Assembly (NCBI GenBank): GCA_022605425.2
Contig: CM061248.1
Location: 744,001 to 808,000, forward strand
Source: Hamiltosporidium tvaerminnensis FI-OER-3-3
Taxonomy: Eukaryota > Fungi > Microsporidia
Length of the DNA stretch: 64,000 nt
Reading direction: 5' to 3'
Below the pieces are notes generated by a model. It saw only the letters and a program-made list of their open reading frames with translations. It did not search any database and was not told the DNA's origin. Both the position numbers and the translations under genes were made by a program. Of the stretch, positions 35,817-48,189 are shown piece by piece (within the stretch, counting starts at the first letter, position 1; each line of letters starts with the position of its first letter).

Positions 35817-36983
35817 ATGGATGTATTTTTAGCCATATTTAAGAGATTCAACATAATTTCTGGTGAAATGATTGCAAGATTAGAGAAACCAGAAGATTTT
35901 CATTCATTTATTAGTAAAAAGATAGAAATTTCAGAACACGTTGCTATTTCAACTTTATTTATAGGAAATGGTTTGGATTCAATGTATATGTTTGAAAAAA
36001 TATACAAGAGAAAATTAGAAAATCTTCAAACATCAATAATATTAGATAAAAACAGATTACAGAGAAATCCAGAAGCTTTCAAGTATTTAAGAACAAAAAA
36101 ACTGTTAAATATTTTTAATATCAATGAGAGTAATTTCAAAAATAATTTTTTTAGTAGAATTAAAGAAATATTTCATGTAAATCACAAAAAAATATTTTTA
36201 TTTGATTCTGATATATTAATTACTGGTGCAAATATGGAAGATTCATATTATAAGTATAAAATAGACAGGTAAGTATTTTTTTTCTAATTAGGTATTTCAT
36301 TATAAGATCGAGAGATTTATCAAAAAAATTGTACCATCAGATGTTTAGTTTTTCAAATACAGATTTTATTGATAGAACCGAATATTGTTGTCCAAATATT
36401 AAAATAATATCTTTTACAGAAAAAACAGAACTACGGATTTTTAAAGAAATTCTTAATTACAATCTTAAAGCAATTTACATTTCAACTGCTTTTCTCAACT
36501 TTTCAGGTACCTTAATTTCCGGACTTAAGAATAGAAATGTTACTATATTTACAGCCAGTCCTCGATGTAATACTTTTAAATTTAATCCTACAATAGAAGA
36601 AATTGTAAAGAATATTTACACTTTGAATGCTATCGAAATATTAACTAAAAACAATACCGTTTCCTACTACGAATACGATAAAGAAAATTTTTATTTTCAT
36701 TCGAAAGGTAAGTATTTTTCTAATTTAAGGTTTTTGGGCTTTTGAAGAAGATTTTTGTATTTCAATTATTGGCTCATCTAATTATAACGTTCGAAGCTCA
36801 TCAAGAGACTCTGAACTAAATTTTTTAGTTGTTAGCGAAAACAAGAATGTTATAAATATATTTGAAAATGAAATTAAAGAACTTTTAATTGTCTGTAAAA
36901 AAGTTACACTTGAGGATTTGAAAGCAAGGAATGTGTCTTTTATTTCAAAAGTTTTAAAACCGATATTTAAAAATTATTTATAA
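35817..36983 (+). CDS. PGS1: Phosphatidylglycerophosphate synthase (PLD-fold), 3 exons: 35817-36268, 36292-36707, 36730-36983
   Basis: Spliced product has HKKIFLFDSDILITGANMEDSYY..KIDR|YF and FHSK|GFW...IIGSSNYNVRS..RD.E, the two HxK motifs of PGS1. Removing both introns restores one frame. Confidence 0.88.
36269..36291 (+). other. 23-nt spliceosomal intron
   Basis: GTAAGTATTTTTTTTCTAATTAG. Removal gives the conserved DRY motif. Confidence 0.9.
36708..36729 (+). other. 22-nt spliceosomal intron
   Basis: GTAAGTATTTTTCTAATTTAAG. Removal gives HSKGFW. Confidence 0.9.
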
Positions 36984-39103
36984 ATTAAATTTCCTTTTTT
37001 TTACTTATAAAATATACGAGCTTGGTTTTGTATCTAGCTAAGTTGTTTTTTTATAATTTGTGTTATGATCAAATAAAATAATTTTAAAATCTGAGAACTG
37101 TTTTAAATTATCTCATTATAATAACTATTTTACAATTATTATATTTATTGTTTTAAATTACGATTTTTTTTAAAGATATATACCATTTTAAAATGATTAA
37201 TTATGATTTAGGATCAATAACAAAGTTTAGAAAATAAAAATTTTACTTTAAATTTCATATTTTAAGAAAAAAAGCTTTCCAAAATATGAAATAAAATTTT
37301 TTATTTCTAGAAATGCAAAAACTCACATTTTCAATATTGTACCTAAAATGAAGCAAAACTTGATTTACTATAAAATAACTTTAATCGATACTAATATACA
37401 AGCCACTTTTTTTAGTATTAATCTGATTTGAACTTAAGTTATAAACTTAGGAATTATCAAATCTTAAATTTATACTTTAAAATTGGTTAATAAAATATAT
37501 TTTGAAATATACAGAAATATAAATTTAAAATTTTGTCTCTATTAAATACAGAAGAATACATTTTTGAATATATAGTCGAATTATAGGGAGGTATTCTACT
37601 TTATTGAGGTATTTTTATATTGAATATCTCTTTTATATTTTGATTATATTTTTTGATTCCAAATATTTTATTTTTAATAAATATTGTAAAAGCTAATTGC
37701 TTTTTAAGTATACCGCTCGTTGTGTTTAGTAAATCTAAAATGAGAATATGGAATATTCTTGAGATTCTACCTCACCTATGATATCTATGTAGCCATATAC
37801 TAGCTCCCATTAGTCATTTATTAAACCAGTTTTAAATAAAAAAAGTTATTTAAATGTCATTTACACTAAATTAGACGGATGGTCTGCTTTAATTTTGCCT
37901 AGAACGCAGCAAATGTAAATAAAAATATTGGTTAAAAGTCTTACAGGAATACTTTACTCGATAATCAAAAAAAAAGAAATATCTAAATACTTAAATCTGT
38001 GTGATGCTCCTTTAGTTATCAGAAAGCGATACTTTAAATCTTTGTAAAGTTTCAATAACCAGTTGAAATTTTTAAGGCAAAAATTACAGAATCGAAGATA
38101 ATTTAATTTAATATACTGCATAAAATAGAAGCATAAGCTGGCAGTTTTAAATTCCGTATATCGAAGTATATTCTGGTCTTTTATATCTCTGGATCTTCAT
38201 TCCAAGCAATTACTTTATAGCAATGGCTCTTAATTTGTTTTATGGACACAAATCAGCATTATAAATACAGAAATATTTCATTATTTCGGTCTTTTATATA
38301 ACAATAAAGCATAATCTGAGCATTTCATTACATTTAAGCTCCTAATAAACTACCGAATCCATAATGTTTCAAGGTATTAAATTTACTATTTATTTACCAA
38401 ATTCTTGTCATGAATATTCTAAAATTAATCTTTGTATCTGAATTAATCTTATATATTTGCCGTAATTTTCAGGAAGGCAGCTAATTTTGAAGTACGTCTC
38501 TAACAAGGAGGTCGTCTTCCTGCTCACCGCTCTTTTGTTTTCGTATAAAGAATTGTTTTTATAAGTAAAATAATCTTCTTTTTAGTTTTATTCATAATGG
38601 CATACCCCTCCTTTTTCTTTTAAAATATTAATTAAAATATTATAGTTTTGTGATATAAATAATATCAGAGTATTATATATCTTTATGAAGAATCTTTTAT
38701 TCAATTTTGTTATTTTTGTCTTGTGCTATAAAATAATTTTTCTTCCTTCTAATTCGCTGTATTTTTAAGCTTAATTAACTTTCTTCTTGGTTTCCTGTTT
38801 ATAGTAAAATATCAAATATATCGGTTCATGTCTTCTGCTTATCAATACAGAGTAATTTTATATTTTTAGATTTTCTGGTTCATATTACAATATTTTCATA
38901 TTTTATTTAATAATTTAAAAATCGCAAACACATGTTATCGTTAAACTCAAAGTCTTAGAAATATATTTTAAGTTCTGATTTACATAATTAAATATATCAC
39001 CTAGAATCATGGTTAATATCTATTTATTTTATTTTTTTAATTCAATCTATGTTTTGTTACTTAAATTAATCAACCAGTTTCGTCGAATATTGAAATGTAA
39101 TAA

Positions 39104-39531
39104 GAAATTTTATAAAAAAACCTACCCTTAAATCAGTAAATTATAACTTCGTTTTTTTTATTTGAATTTTAATTTATAAAAATATTTTATAAAAAAGCCT
39201 GTCATAAATCAGTAATTTCTATATCTTTACGTTCAATTTGATACTTAATTAATTTATAAAAATATTTTATAAAAAAGCCTGTCATAAATCAGTAATTTCT
39301 ATATCTTTACGTTCAATTTGATACTTAATTAATTTATAAATATATTTTATTAAAAAGCAGGCCTTAGGATCAGTAAATTTCTATATCCCCAGTTTTTTTT
39401 ATCAGCATTAAAAATTAATAAAATATTTTATAAAAAAGCAGGCCTTAGGATCAGTAAATTTCTATATCCCCAGTTTTTTTATCAGTTTAAAAAATCAATA
39501 AAATATTTTATAAAAAAGAAACCCTTAAATG
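39104..39531 (+). repeat. ~80 bp tandem array (~5.4 units) running into the calponin start codon
   Basis: Units begin AAATATTTTATAAAAAA..., as one divergent unit plus two near-identical pairs. The final partial unit ends CCCTTAAATG. Confidence 0.85.
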
Positions 39532-40050
39532 GAAAAAGAGCAAGAAGAAATAATAAACTGGATAAACACACTTTTAACCGAAACCAACAGTCCATCTTCG
39601 TTACAGGACTTTTTAAAAGACGGTATAATATTATGTAAGTTAGCAAACAAGATATCACCAGGAACCTGTAAGTATACAGAAAGCAGGATGAAATTTAAAC
39701 AGATGGAAAATATAAATGCATTTTTAGATTCTGCTAGAAAACTAGGAGTACCAGAATATGAATTGTTTCTTACTGTTGATCTTATAGAAAGTAAAAATAT
39801 TAAACAAGTCGTTAATTGTTTGTATTCGTTGAGTAGAAATGTACAAAAAAGTGGTATTTTTGATGGACCGTTTATTGGGCCCAAATTATATGAAAAGCGA
39901 AATATTGAGTTTTCTCAGGAAGCCCTTGATAGAGGAAATGTTAGTGTTTATAAACAGATGGGTAGTTATGTGGATTTTTCTAAATATACGTTAACTGATG
40001 GTGTCAGGAGACAGATAACAGATTCTCTTAAGAAGAAACCTAATGATTAA
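39529..40050 (+). CDS. Calponin/transgelin family actin-binding protein (Scp1-like)
   Basis: CH domain LKDGIILCKLANKI..FKQMENINAFL..F.TVDL.E.KN.KQV..CL, plus a C-terminal calponin-like repeat QMGS..GVRRQI. Confidence 0.92.
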   Translation: MEKEQEEIINWINTLLTETNSPSSLQDFLKDGIILCKLANKISPGTCKYTESRMKFKQMENINAFLDSARKLGVPEYELFLTVDLIESKNIKQVVNCLYSLSRNVQKSGIFDGPFIGPKLYEKRNIEFSQEALDRGNVSVYKQMGSYVDFSKYTLTDGVRRQITDSLKKKPND

Positions 40051-40975
40051 ATTGAGTATTATATTTTAAAACTGTTAACTTCTAATTCACTAAAATTTCC
40101 AATTTTTTTGTGTTTTTCTCGTAGATTTTTTTACAATTTTTTTGAGTTTTTCTCGTAGTTTTTTTTACAATTTTTTTGTGTTCTGTAAACGATAAGCAAT
40201 TCATTTTTTTATTTTAGTTTGAAATCTACATTTATAGATATTATTAGTTCTGTAATAATTTTAAAATTTTGCTCTATTAAATATTTACTATTCAATTAAA
40301 TTGCATATTTTTGAAATATTTTCTATCTAAATTCTATTTTCATATTTAAATTAAATTAAAAAAAAAATTTAAATTATCATTTCTATTTTTTATCTAAATC
40401 CTAAATTTATAAACTTAAATCGATATATTCATCTGTTTTCTATAAAATATAATTTTAAGATAATTATAGCCTAATATTTAGAAACTTATTTGATTCAAAA
40501 ACATAAACCTAACTATTATTCTAACAGACAAGGTTTATATAATTTTTACATAATATTTTATCAATATTTCATTCTCCATTTTAAATCTCTTTAGAATAAA
40601 CCAAGAAGTTTTTATATACATCAAATTATCGAATAAAGTTTTTTTTAATTTATAATAAATTCAAATGAGTCTAATACTATTATATCTTTCACTTAATTGT
40701 AATTTATTATTAAATATTTATTTCTTATTTGTACGAAATATTAATTAATAATTTAATATAACTTTTTTATAATATTTAGACACCTAGAATGATTCCATTT
40801 ATTCTTAAAATTTTTAATAAAAGAATTTAAAGAATAAAATCTTTATATTAATAATATCTGAATTTACAATGTTATTTGAGCTTATCATATATATAATGTA
40901 TCGATAAGGAAATAATAATCGTTAAGATATATTAATACAAGTATATCTTTTATATTTGATAACAGTTAATTGTAT

Positions 40976-41215
40976 AACAATTTAAAAAATATACTTAGAA
41001 TAATTTTATAGATAAATAAGGAAATTTAAAGAATTAACAGCACATAAATTCAGGATATTTAACAATTTAAAAAATATACTTAGAATAATTTTAGATATAA
41101 ATAAGGAAATTTAGTGACTAAGAGGCATATAAATCCAGGATATTTAAAATTTAAAAAATAAACTTAGAATGATTTTATAGATGAATCAGGAAATTTAAAG
41201 AATAAAAAGCATATG
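40976..41215. repeat. Three diverged ~85 bp tandem units
   Basis: ATTTAAAAAATA.ACTTAGAAT.ATTTTA...A.GGAAATTTA at about 40980, 41065 and 41149. Confidence 0.85.
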
Positions 41216-43785
41216 AATGTAGCGAATTTAAGTTTACGAAATACTTTATGATTAAATTAAAATAGACTATTGCACATATATTGTGTAGATAATGTATATA
41301 ATTATTGAGATTTTAATTTTATATAATTGAGTTATATTACTTTTTTATTTAAATGGATTTTTTAAAATAATTAGAGGTACGATTCGATCCTAGGTGATTA
41401 TATTTAGAAATCGCTTGAAATGAGCGGGTTTTAGATTATTCTAAATTTAATTTACATAGATATGCTTTGTATTTCTTTTCGACTGAATATCTGTAAATAA
41501 CGAATATCTCATCTATAATAAAGATATCCAATTTGGATTTCATTTAAAATACAATATATATAAAATCTAATATTTTACAAAAAGAAAAATCATAAAAGCC
41601 TTTGATACTAACAGAAATATTTTTCATTTTGTGTTTGAATACAGTAGATTTATTTAAAAAATTTAACATAGTTTATTTTAGGAAAATTAAAAAGTATAAA
41701 ATAAGCGGTATTTAAATTTATAAAAATTGTGGTTTAGAAAGAATTAAGCCAGAACAAAGGTTAAAAGATTCAATTCTTTTCTTATAAAGGTTTGTCTATT
41801 TTAACCATGGAAAACAAATTTACAACTGAATTGAGTGCTATTATATATAGAATAAAAGAAAAGTTATATTGAAATTTTGTTGGCGCAAGAATAATTAGGA
41901 TAGGCTTATTAAAAAGAATATTTTGTTTTTTTTTAAATTCAATTCTTAAGAAATATATTACAACTTATTCTTAACCTAAAACAGATAAAAAATAGAATTT
42001 TTTTAGAAATAAAGTGTTTTTTAAGTAAACTTGCTTAGCTTATTATTTGCATTTTTTGGGAGAAAAACATGCATTTTTTTAGAGGTAAAATCTTGTCAAA
42101 GTAAAATAGATTTTGACGAATTATAAATATAATAAGGTATTGTAAACCCAAAAAACCTTCCTTCCAGAATTCTACAAGAATGAAAGAAGACTTGGAGTAA
42201 ATATATTGCATATTGGTTTCTTGGTTAAAATTGCCAAATATATACGATATATATTGGTAAAATGAACAAAGCTGAAGCTGTTCTAATAAAAGAAGTCAAA
42301 AACATATTTTTAGTTATAAATTCTTATCTTTATCTACACTTAAAAAAATATTGCCGGAATTATCAGAAAATACAGTGGAATTAAGCGAAAACGAACAGAG
42401 TACTTGCTCAGACTTGGTAGGATTACATAAATTCTTATCTTTTGTGCCTTGACCCCTTAATTTATAGAAAAATGCACATCTTTTATGGGAAAAAAAATTT
42501 AGAAAGTTCTTGTTAAGCTGTAAAAGTATAAACATTTTAAAATCATTGGATAGATTTTGCACATTTTGGATGCACAAAGCAAAATCATATTATGGAATCC
42601 CAGTAAAAAAATGCAAAAATAAATTTTACAACGTACTGAATATTTTAGTTTTTTTAAGGCTTTTTTTATATCTTGCAAATGAAAAGAAGAAGCAAGCTTG
42701 TGAAATCAGTAAATTTCTATGCTGTGAAAAAAACAGAGTATCCAAAAAATCAAGTACAAATTGAACAATTTCTTTAGAAATTTTCTTGATGCTCATAAGT
42801 TTTAAAATATCAAGACAAATTAGGATGATTTCTACAAGCCGTTTGAGCTCTTTTAATACCAGAAATGAGGAGAGAAGCCAAAAACACGTCTATGAAGAAA
42901 TTTAAGACACATATCGGCAAAAATATATTTAAAATCGAAGTGAACGCAAGTTATAAAAAATATTTTTGAGCTGCAGAATTAAATAAAGTCTAACAAGCAC
43001 TGAATTAAACAATAAAACAGATTTTAATAGTATAGAGCTCCATTGTATCGTATATACAAAATATGAAGCTTTTTTAATTTGAAATGGGAATATCGTGACG
43101 CTTTAATTCATAGGAAAAATAACCAAGAGGTAGAAATCTATCGTCATAGACATAATTCAGTGTTATATTGATTTTAAAAGAGGATTTCCTAGTCATTAGA
43201 AATACAAAAAAGTATAAAATAGGTGTCAGTTATAAAGAAAATTATTGGAAGATTTTCTTTAAGATCGAAAATAATTTTTTAACAAAGTGAAATAAATATA
43301 GAATATTACGCGTAAAAAAGTCCTAATAGAATGAGATTATTTGTAAATATTCTTAATAAACCATCAGAGACACTTTTAAATCAAATTTTATTTATCTTTT
43401 AACTTGATATTTTTCACTTTAAAATGATTGCACGAGACTTTTTTCTTTTTTTGTAATTTTTTGAGCACTTTTATTTCCTGAATTAAATCAAAAATAACTA
43501 AAAATAACTAAAATAATGTAAGAATGAGAATAAGAAGAATAATCAAAATGAATATTTGCAATAAAAAAATCAAAAAAATAATTTAATATTATTGCTATGT
43601 TTAGATTGAAGTTTTTTTTTCTTGTCGTTTAATTAGTCCGCCAAAAATTAAATTAATGATTAAATAAATTAATATTCCAATTTTTTGTATTCTAAAATCA
43701 GTTCATTAATTTAATTATATATTAATTGATATATCATCAAATATTTCTATTTCTTTATGAAATAAATATATTTACTCCCTATAAA

Positions 43786-46212
43786 ATGATAAAATTAATA
43801 AGATCTATTCATCCTGCAAAAAAATATAATGAACCAGTTAAGAAGAGCAAGCTTATCACAAGTTTTTTAGGTTCACTATATGTCTGCTTTAAATTACTTC
43901 AAAATGTCACAAATTTAATTAAAATTATAGTATCTACAAATTTTAATATTTGTAGCGTAGAGGTAAGCTTTGTTGAAATCGAAAATGAAATTGTGAATCT
44001 TGTTTCCTCATCATCTAATGCCGGATGCTATTTTCTCTGTGTGGAAACATGCTCTTTAAGAAAGTGGGATAACCATACCCAATATCAAGAATATTCTGAT
44101 TTAAGTAAGAAAAATAAAGTATTGGAAATTGTATATCCAAATGAAATATTTCTCGAATTCGAATTTTTTGATGAACAAATTATTAAGAAGAAAAAAAAGG
44201 TTGAAATATACATAAAAGAAAAGAATTTCTATAATTTTTTGTGCTTTATACAACACTTAAAATCACGGGATTCTATTAATAAAATCAAGCCAGAAGTTTT
44301 TTTTGAAATTATAAAATATTTAAACATTTTTGGAGTGAAGAGAGATAAAAAATATAAAGCTTTTATTAAAGCTCTAATTTATAACTTAATAACATTGGAT
44401 GAAGATTATTTTGTAAAAAAAATATCAAATTTGTCTTTTAATCTACAGAAATGTAAAAATATTTATATTCTCGATGCTCTTAAATGTTTTTGTAGATTCT
44501 ATTTTTTGAAAAAACATTTTATTTATGAAGTATTTGATGAATATATTCCTCCTGAATATTCTCTTCAATTATTTTTGCACAAAAAATACAAAAAAGCTAA
44601 AAACTTTACAAGTATGCAATTTATAAATTTTAATTTAAATATGTATTTTTATCGGTATCTATGTAGACCTAAATTTCGCGAGATGTGGATATTCATGATG
44701 AAAATTTTATATGTCGACAAGTTAAGCATAAATTTTGTCTTTTTCCGCACAGAAATTGACATACATATAATTCTTTCTTCTTTGCCTCAAAATGTCCAAA
44801 AAATAACAATTACGAACAGAGATGAAAATATATTTATGTTCGATTTACTGCAAAAATACATGGATTTGAGTAATATAAAGAAATTATCGATTTCAATTAT
44901 TCCTTTTTCTAATTCTCTTTTCGAAAAGATGAAATATTTTAAAAATCTTGAACAACTTACATTAGAAATCCGTGAGATATCAATGAAAGAAATCATAGAG
45001 CTGGAAACATCAGAGCATCTCAAGCGTATTAAATCTATAAAGTTATTTTTTTTTGAAACCATCGACACTTTCTTTGAAATTGAGTGTATCTCTCTTTTAG
45101 GAACCGAAAACAATATTTTTATATATTTATTAGATGAATTAAAAATGGACAATAATCCCCAAAATATGCTAGAAAATTTTATAAAATATAATTTCTACAA
45201 TTACCTATCTGGTGTTAATTTGATCCTGGAAACATCAAATTATAGTTACATTGATTTTGCCAAAATATTACCTAGTGACAAATTAAAATGCCTAAAATTA
45301 GATATAGAAAATGTGAAAGATAATAAGCTTGAAAATTACGACTTCCTTGCGGCATTTAAAAATTTAAAATTCCTATTTCTTACAAATATTGAAATAACCA
45401 ATGAGCTTTTTATAGCGATTCTTAGACAAAACCAATTAATTTCACTTGCAATTGATTTTTTTACAATTGATACTAAATTAGATTGTAAAATAGTAGATCT
45501 AATTAATAAATCAGTGGTTTATATGGAATTTTACAATTTATCAAATTACATAGGAAAATGTTTTTTGGGGTTTATAGCGAAATTCAAGAATTTAAAACAT
45601 TTGATATTTGATTTGTATATCTCGGAATATACAGGGTATGTAAATTCCATTTTCCAGGAAGAATTTTCCACTTTCGAAGCATTGATTCCTACTTTATACG
45701 TAGATCTACCTAAATTAGAATCTTTGGTATACAAAAACGAATTTGATTCTCAATATCAGGCTAAATTTAGTGTTTTGCATGTTATATCATTCTTTTTTAA
45801 TTTAGAAATGATTAATACACTTTTCTATGACGTAGGCTATTTATATCCTGATGATCTTCGTATTTTTGAAAATTTTAAGGAATTAGACAATTTGAAATTA
45901 AGTATTAAAAAAAACGATTCGAATTCAAATATATTACAACAAATACTTATCTCGAACATAAAGAAGACTATTTCTACCCTGAAAATTGTATCTAATAAAT
46001 ATAATTGGTTGGAGATTATTTCTATATATAAATTTCGAAAGCTTAAATTTTTAGAGTTGGGATCTATGCATATAGATGATAAAGATGTAAAATATTATGA
46101 TTTACTATTTAGTATGAATCTAATTTTATGTGAAAAATATACTTTAAAAAAAATTGAAGGATTTAATTTTACATATTTCCAAAAATATAACATAAAAATG
46201 TATATGTCATAA
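43786..46212 (+). CDS. Leucine-rich-repeat-like protein (expanded lineage-specific family)
   Basis: First ATG at 43786, preceded by CTCCCT. Repeated LxxLxL motifs (IKKLSI, LEQLTL, LKCLKL, LKFLFL, LKHLIF, LDNLKL, LKFLEL). Confidence 0.8.
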   Translation: MIKLIRSIHPAKKYNEPVKKSKLITSFLGSLYVCFKLLQNVTNLIKIIVSTNFNICSVEVSFVEIENEIVNLVSSSSNAGCYFLCVETCSLRKWDNHTQYQEYSDLSKKNKVLEIVYPNEIFLEFEFFDEQIIKKKKKVEIYIKEKNFYNFLCFIQHLKSRDSINKIKPEVFFEIIKYLNIFGVKRDKKYKAFIKALIYNLITLDEDYFVKKISNLSFNLQKCKNIYILDALKCFCRFYFLKKHFIYEVFDEYIPPEYSLQLFLHKKYKKAKNFTSMQFINFNLNMYFYRYLCRPKFREMWIFMMKILYVDKLSINFVFFRTEIDIHIILSSLPQNVQKITITNRDENIFMFDLLQKYMDLSNIKKLSISIIPFSNSLFEKMKYFKNLEQLTLEIREISMKEIIELETSEHLKRIKSIKLFFFETIDTFFEIECISLLGTENNIFIYLLDELKMDNNPQNMLENFIKYNFYNYLSGVNLILETSNYSYIDFAKILPSDKLKCLKLDIENVKDNKLENYDFLAAFKNLKFLFLTNIEITNELFIAILRQNQLISLAIDFFTIDTKLDCKIVDLINKSVVYMEFYNLSNYIGKCFLGFIAKFKNLKHLIFDLYISEYTGYVNSIFQEEFSTFEALIPTLYVDLPKLESLVYKNEFDSQYQAKFSVLHVISFFFNLEMINTLFYDVGYLYPDDLRIFENFKELDNLKLSIKKNDSNSNILQQILISNIKKTISTLKIVSNKYNWLEIISIYKFRKLKFLELGSMHIDDKDVKYYDLLFSMNLILCEKYTLKKIEGFNFTYFQKYNIKMYMS

Positions 46213-46469
46213 TACCTCTCATGTCCGCTGGATTTAAATATTTGAGAATTTTAAATCGAAATTTTTGATTTGAAAAAATGATAATCTATATAGAAAATAT
46301 ATTGTTAAGTAAAAAGATTGGTTATATAACTTAGAGTTTCTACGTTCCAAATTAACTTGTTATATAATATAAATACTTCAAATATATAAGCTTCAATGAT
46401 ATATAAAAAACAAGTATTCAATAAATTCTAAAGTAAACCAAATGTATTCAATTTAAATTTTAAAAACTT

Positions 46470-47198
46470 CTTTATTTAAAAGTATCACATCTTTTTAAAA
46501 TAGTGGCAAGTGTTATATTTATTTTAATGACTGTAACGCAGTTCTGGGTTTAACATAAATAACTGGTACTCCAACACTCCATCTGTAACCCCTGCGATAC
46601 CTACGTCCCAAAGCATTTTATCTACCAGGTGTGTAGAACCTAATTAATAGGCGAGGCAGTTTCCCGATGTTCGTTAATATCTGTCACATGGAGTGTGATC
46701 GAAGGCCGAAGCCCCCCCTGGGCTCCCCCAAGACTATGCAGCATTCCCACTTACTCTACACTTTCTGAACCCAATAAACTTTTAGCTAAGATATATTTCA
46801 GAGACTTACATGGGGTCCACCTAGACAGTGCGATGTCATACCAACAGGTATAACCTGCTACTTAACTTTCCTGGCTTTAAATGGTTTTTTGATTTTTATA
46901 TCTTTTAGGCCCTAGGTCTTCTAACCCGAGTGAGCAAGGCTAGGTTTCCATTTTTTACATGGCAATTACCTACATGTTCAGCTGCGGTCTGCAATCTGGT
47001 TACATAAAAAGCTACAAATAAATATGTAGAAAAAGTTTCTACATTTCTTAGACCTCTCCTCCCCATAACAACTCCCATGGAACAACCAAAGATGTAGTGT
47101 GGTTTTATTCCCACCAAAAATCCAAACAATTACTTCACACCAGTTTCACACACTCATTGCCAAGCAAAAAGTTTTTTATGTGGTTATCCTCTCTCCAC
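46470..47198 (-). repeat. ~700 bp dispersed element, copy D (left arm of inverted pair)
   Basis: Approximate reverse complement of 47458-48189. Confidence 0.92.
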
Positions 47199-47457
47199 GG
47201 TAAATTTTTAAAAAACAATTGTTTTTTTTAATGATTTACGAATATTCCAGAGAATTTTTTCAAACATTTAAATATTACAGTTAATATTATCTAGTTCCAA
47301 ACTAATTTGTTAAACATGATTTAAATTTTGAGTGATCACTTGGTATATCCAGAGTCAGTCCCTATTTATTAGATTCAAATTATAAAAATATTACTTTAAT
47401 GAATTAAAACAAACGATTTTATTTCAAATAATATTACTATGTTTGAGATGTCTTTAA

Positions 47458-48189
47458 GTGGAGGGAGGATAACCACATAAAAAACTTTCTGCTTGGCAAT
47501 GAATGTGTGAAACTGGTGTAAAGATCATTTTTTAGATTTTTGGTGGGAATAGAACCACACTACCTCTTCGGTTATTTCGTGAGAGTTTGTTTAATGAGGA
47601 GAAGATCGACGAAATGGCAAAACTTTTTCTACAAATTTATGTGTAGTTTTTTATGTAACCAGATTGCAGACCGCGGCTGAAAATGTAAGAATTGCCATGT
47701 AAAAGCATGGAAACCTAGCCTTGCTCACTCGGGTTAGAAGACTTGGCGCCTGGGAGATATAAAACAAAAAACCATTTAAAGCCAGGAAAGTTAAGTAGCA
47801 GGTTATACCTGTTGGTATGACATCGCACTGTCTAGGTGGACCCCATGTAAGTCTCTGAAATATATCTTAGCTAAAAGTTCATTGGGTTCAGAAAGTGTAG
47901 AGTAAGTGGGAATGCTGCATAGTCTTGGGGGAGCCCAGGGGGGGCTTCGGCCTTCGATCACACTCCATGTGACAGATATTAACGAACATCGGGAAACTGC
48001 CTCGCTTATTAATTAGGTTCTAAACACCTGATAGATGAAAGGCTTTGGAGCGTAGATATCGGAGGAAAAATATTGATGGGATTTATGAGCAGCAGTTATT
48101 TATGTTAAACCTAGAAATGCGTTCCTACCATGAAAACAAATATAATACTTGCCAATGTTTTAAAAACATGTGATATTTTTTAAATAAAG
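47458..48189 (+). repeat. ~700 bp dispersed element, copy E (right arm of inverted pair)
   Basis: Head-to-head with D across a ~260 bp spacer. Central ~250 bp almost identical to D. Confidence 0.92.

Noticed and set aside
37560-38960. Possible decayed integrase or other coding relic on the minus strand (similar relics at 15300-16040, 41400-43300 and 57600-58600)
   Set aside because: Too degenerate to assign by eye.
47847-47870. GTAAGT...TTAG 24-mer inside the element resembling a mini-intron
   Set aside because: Lacks the CTAAT branch point seen in the real introns, and I found no ORF restored by removing it.
47910-47940. MLHSLGGAQ resembling the lipase GHSLGG motif
   Set aside because: The first Gly is absent, the frame is full of shared stops, and no other hydrolase motifs are present.
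47600-48100. Ciliate-type code (TAR=Gln) as explanation of the element's stops
   Set aside because: A TGA is also shared in that frame, TAR codons are the expected mirror of Tyr codons in the antisense frame, and host genes use TAA/TAG as stops.
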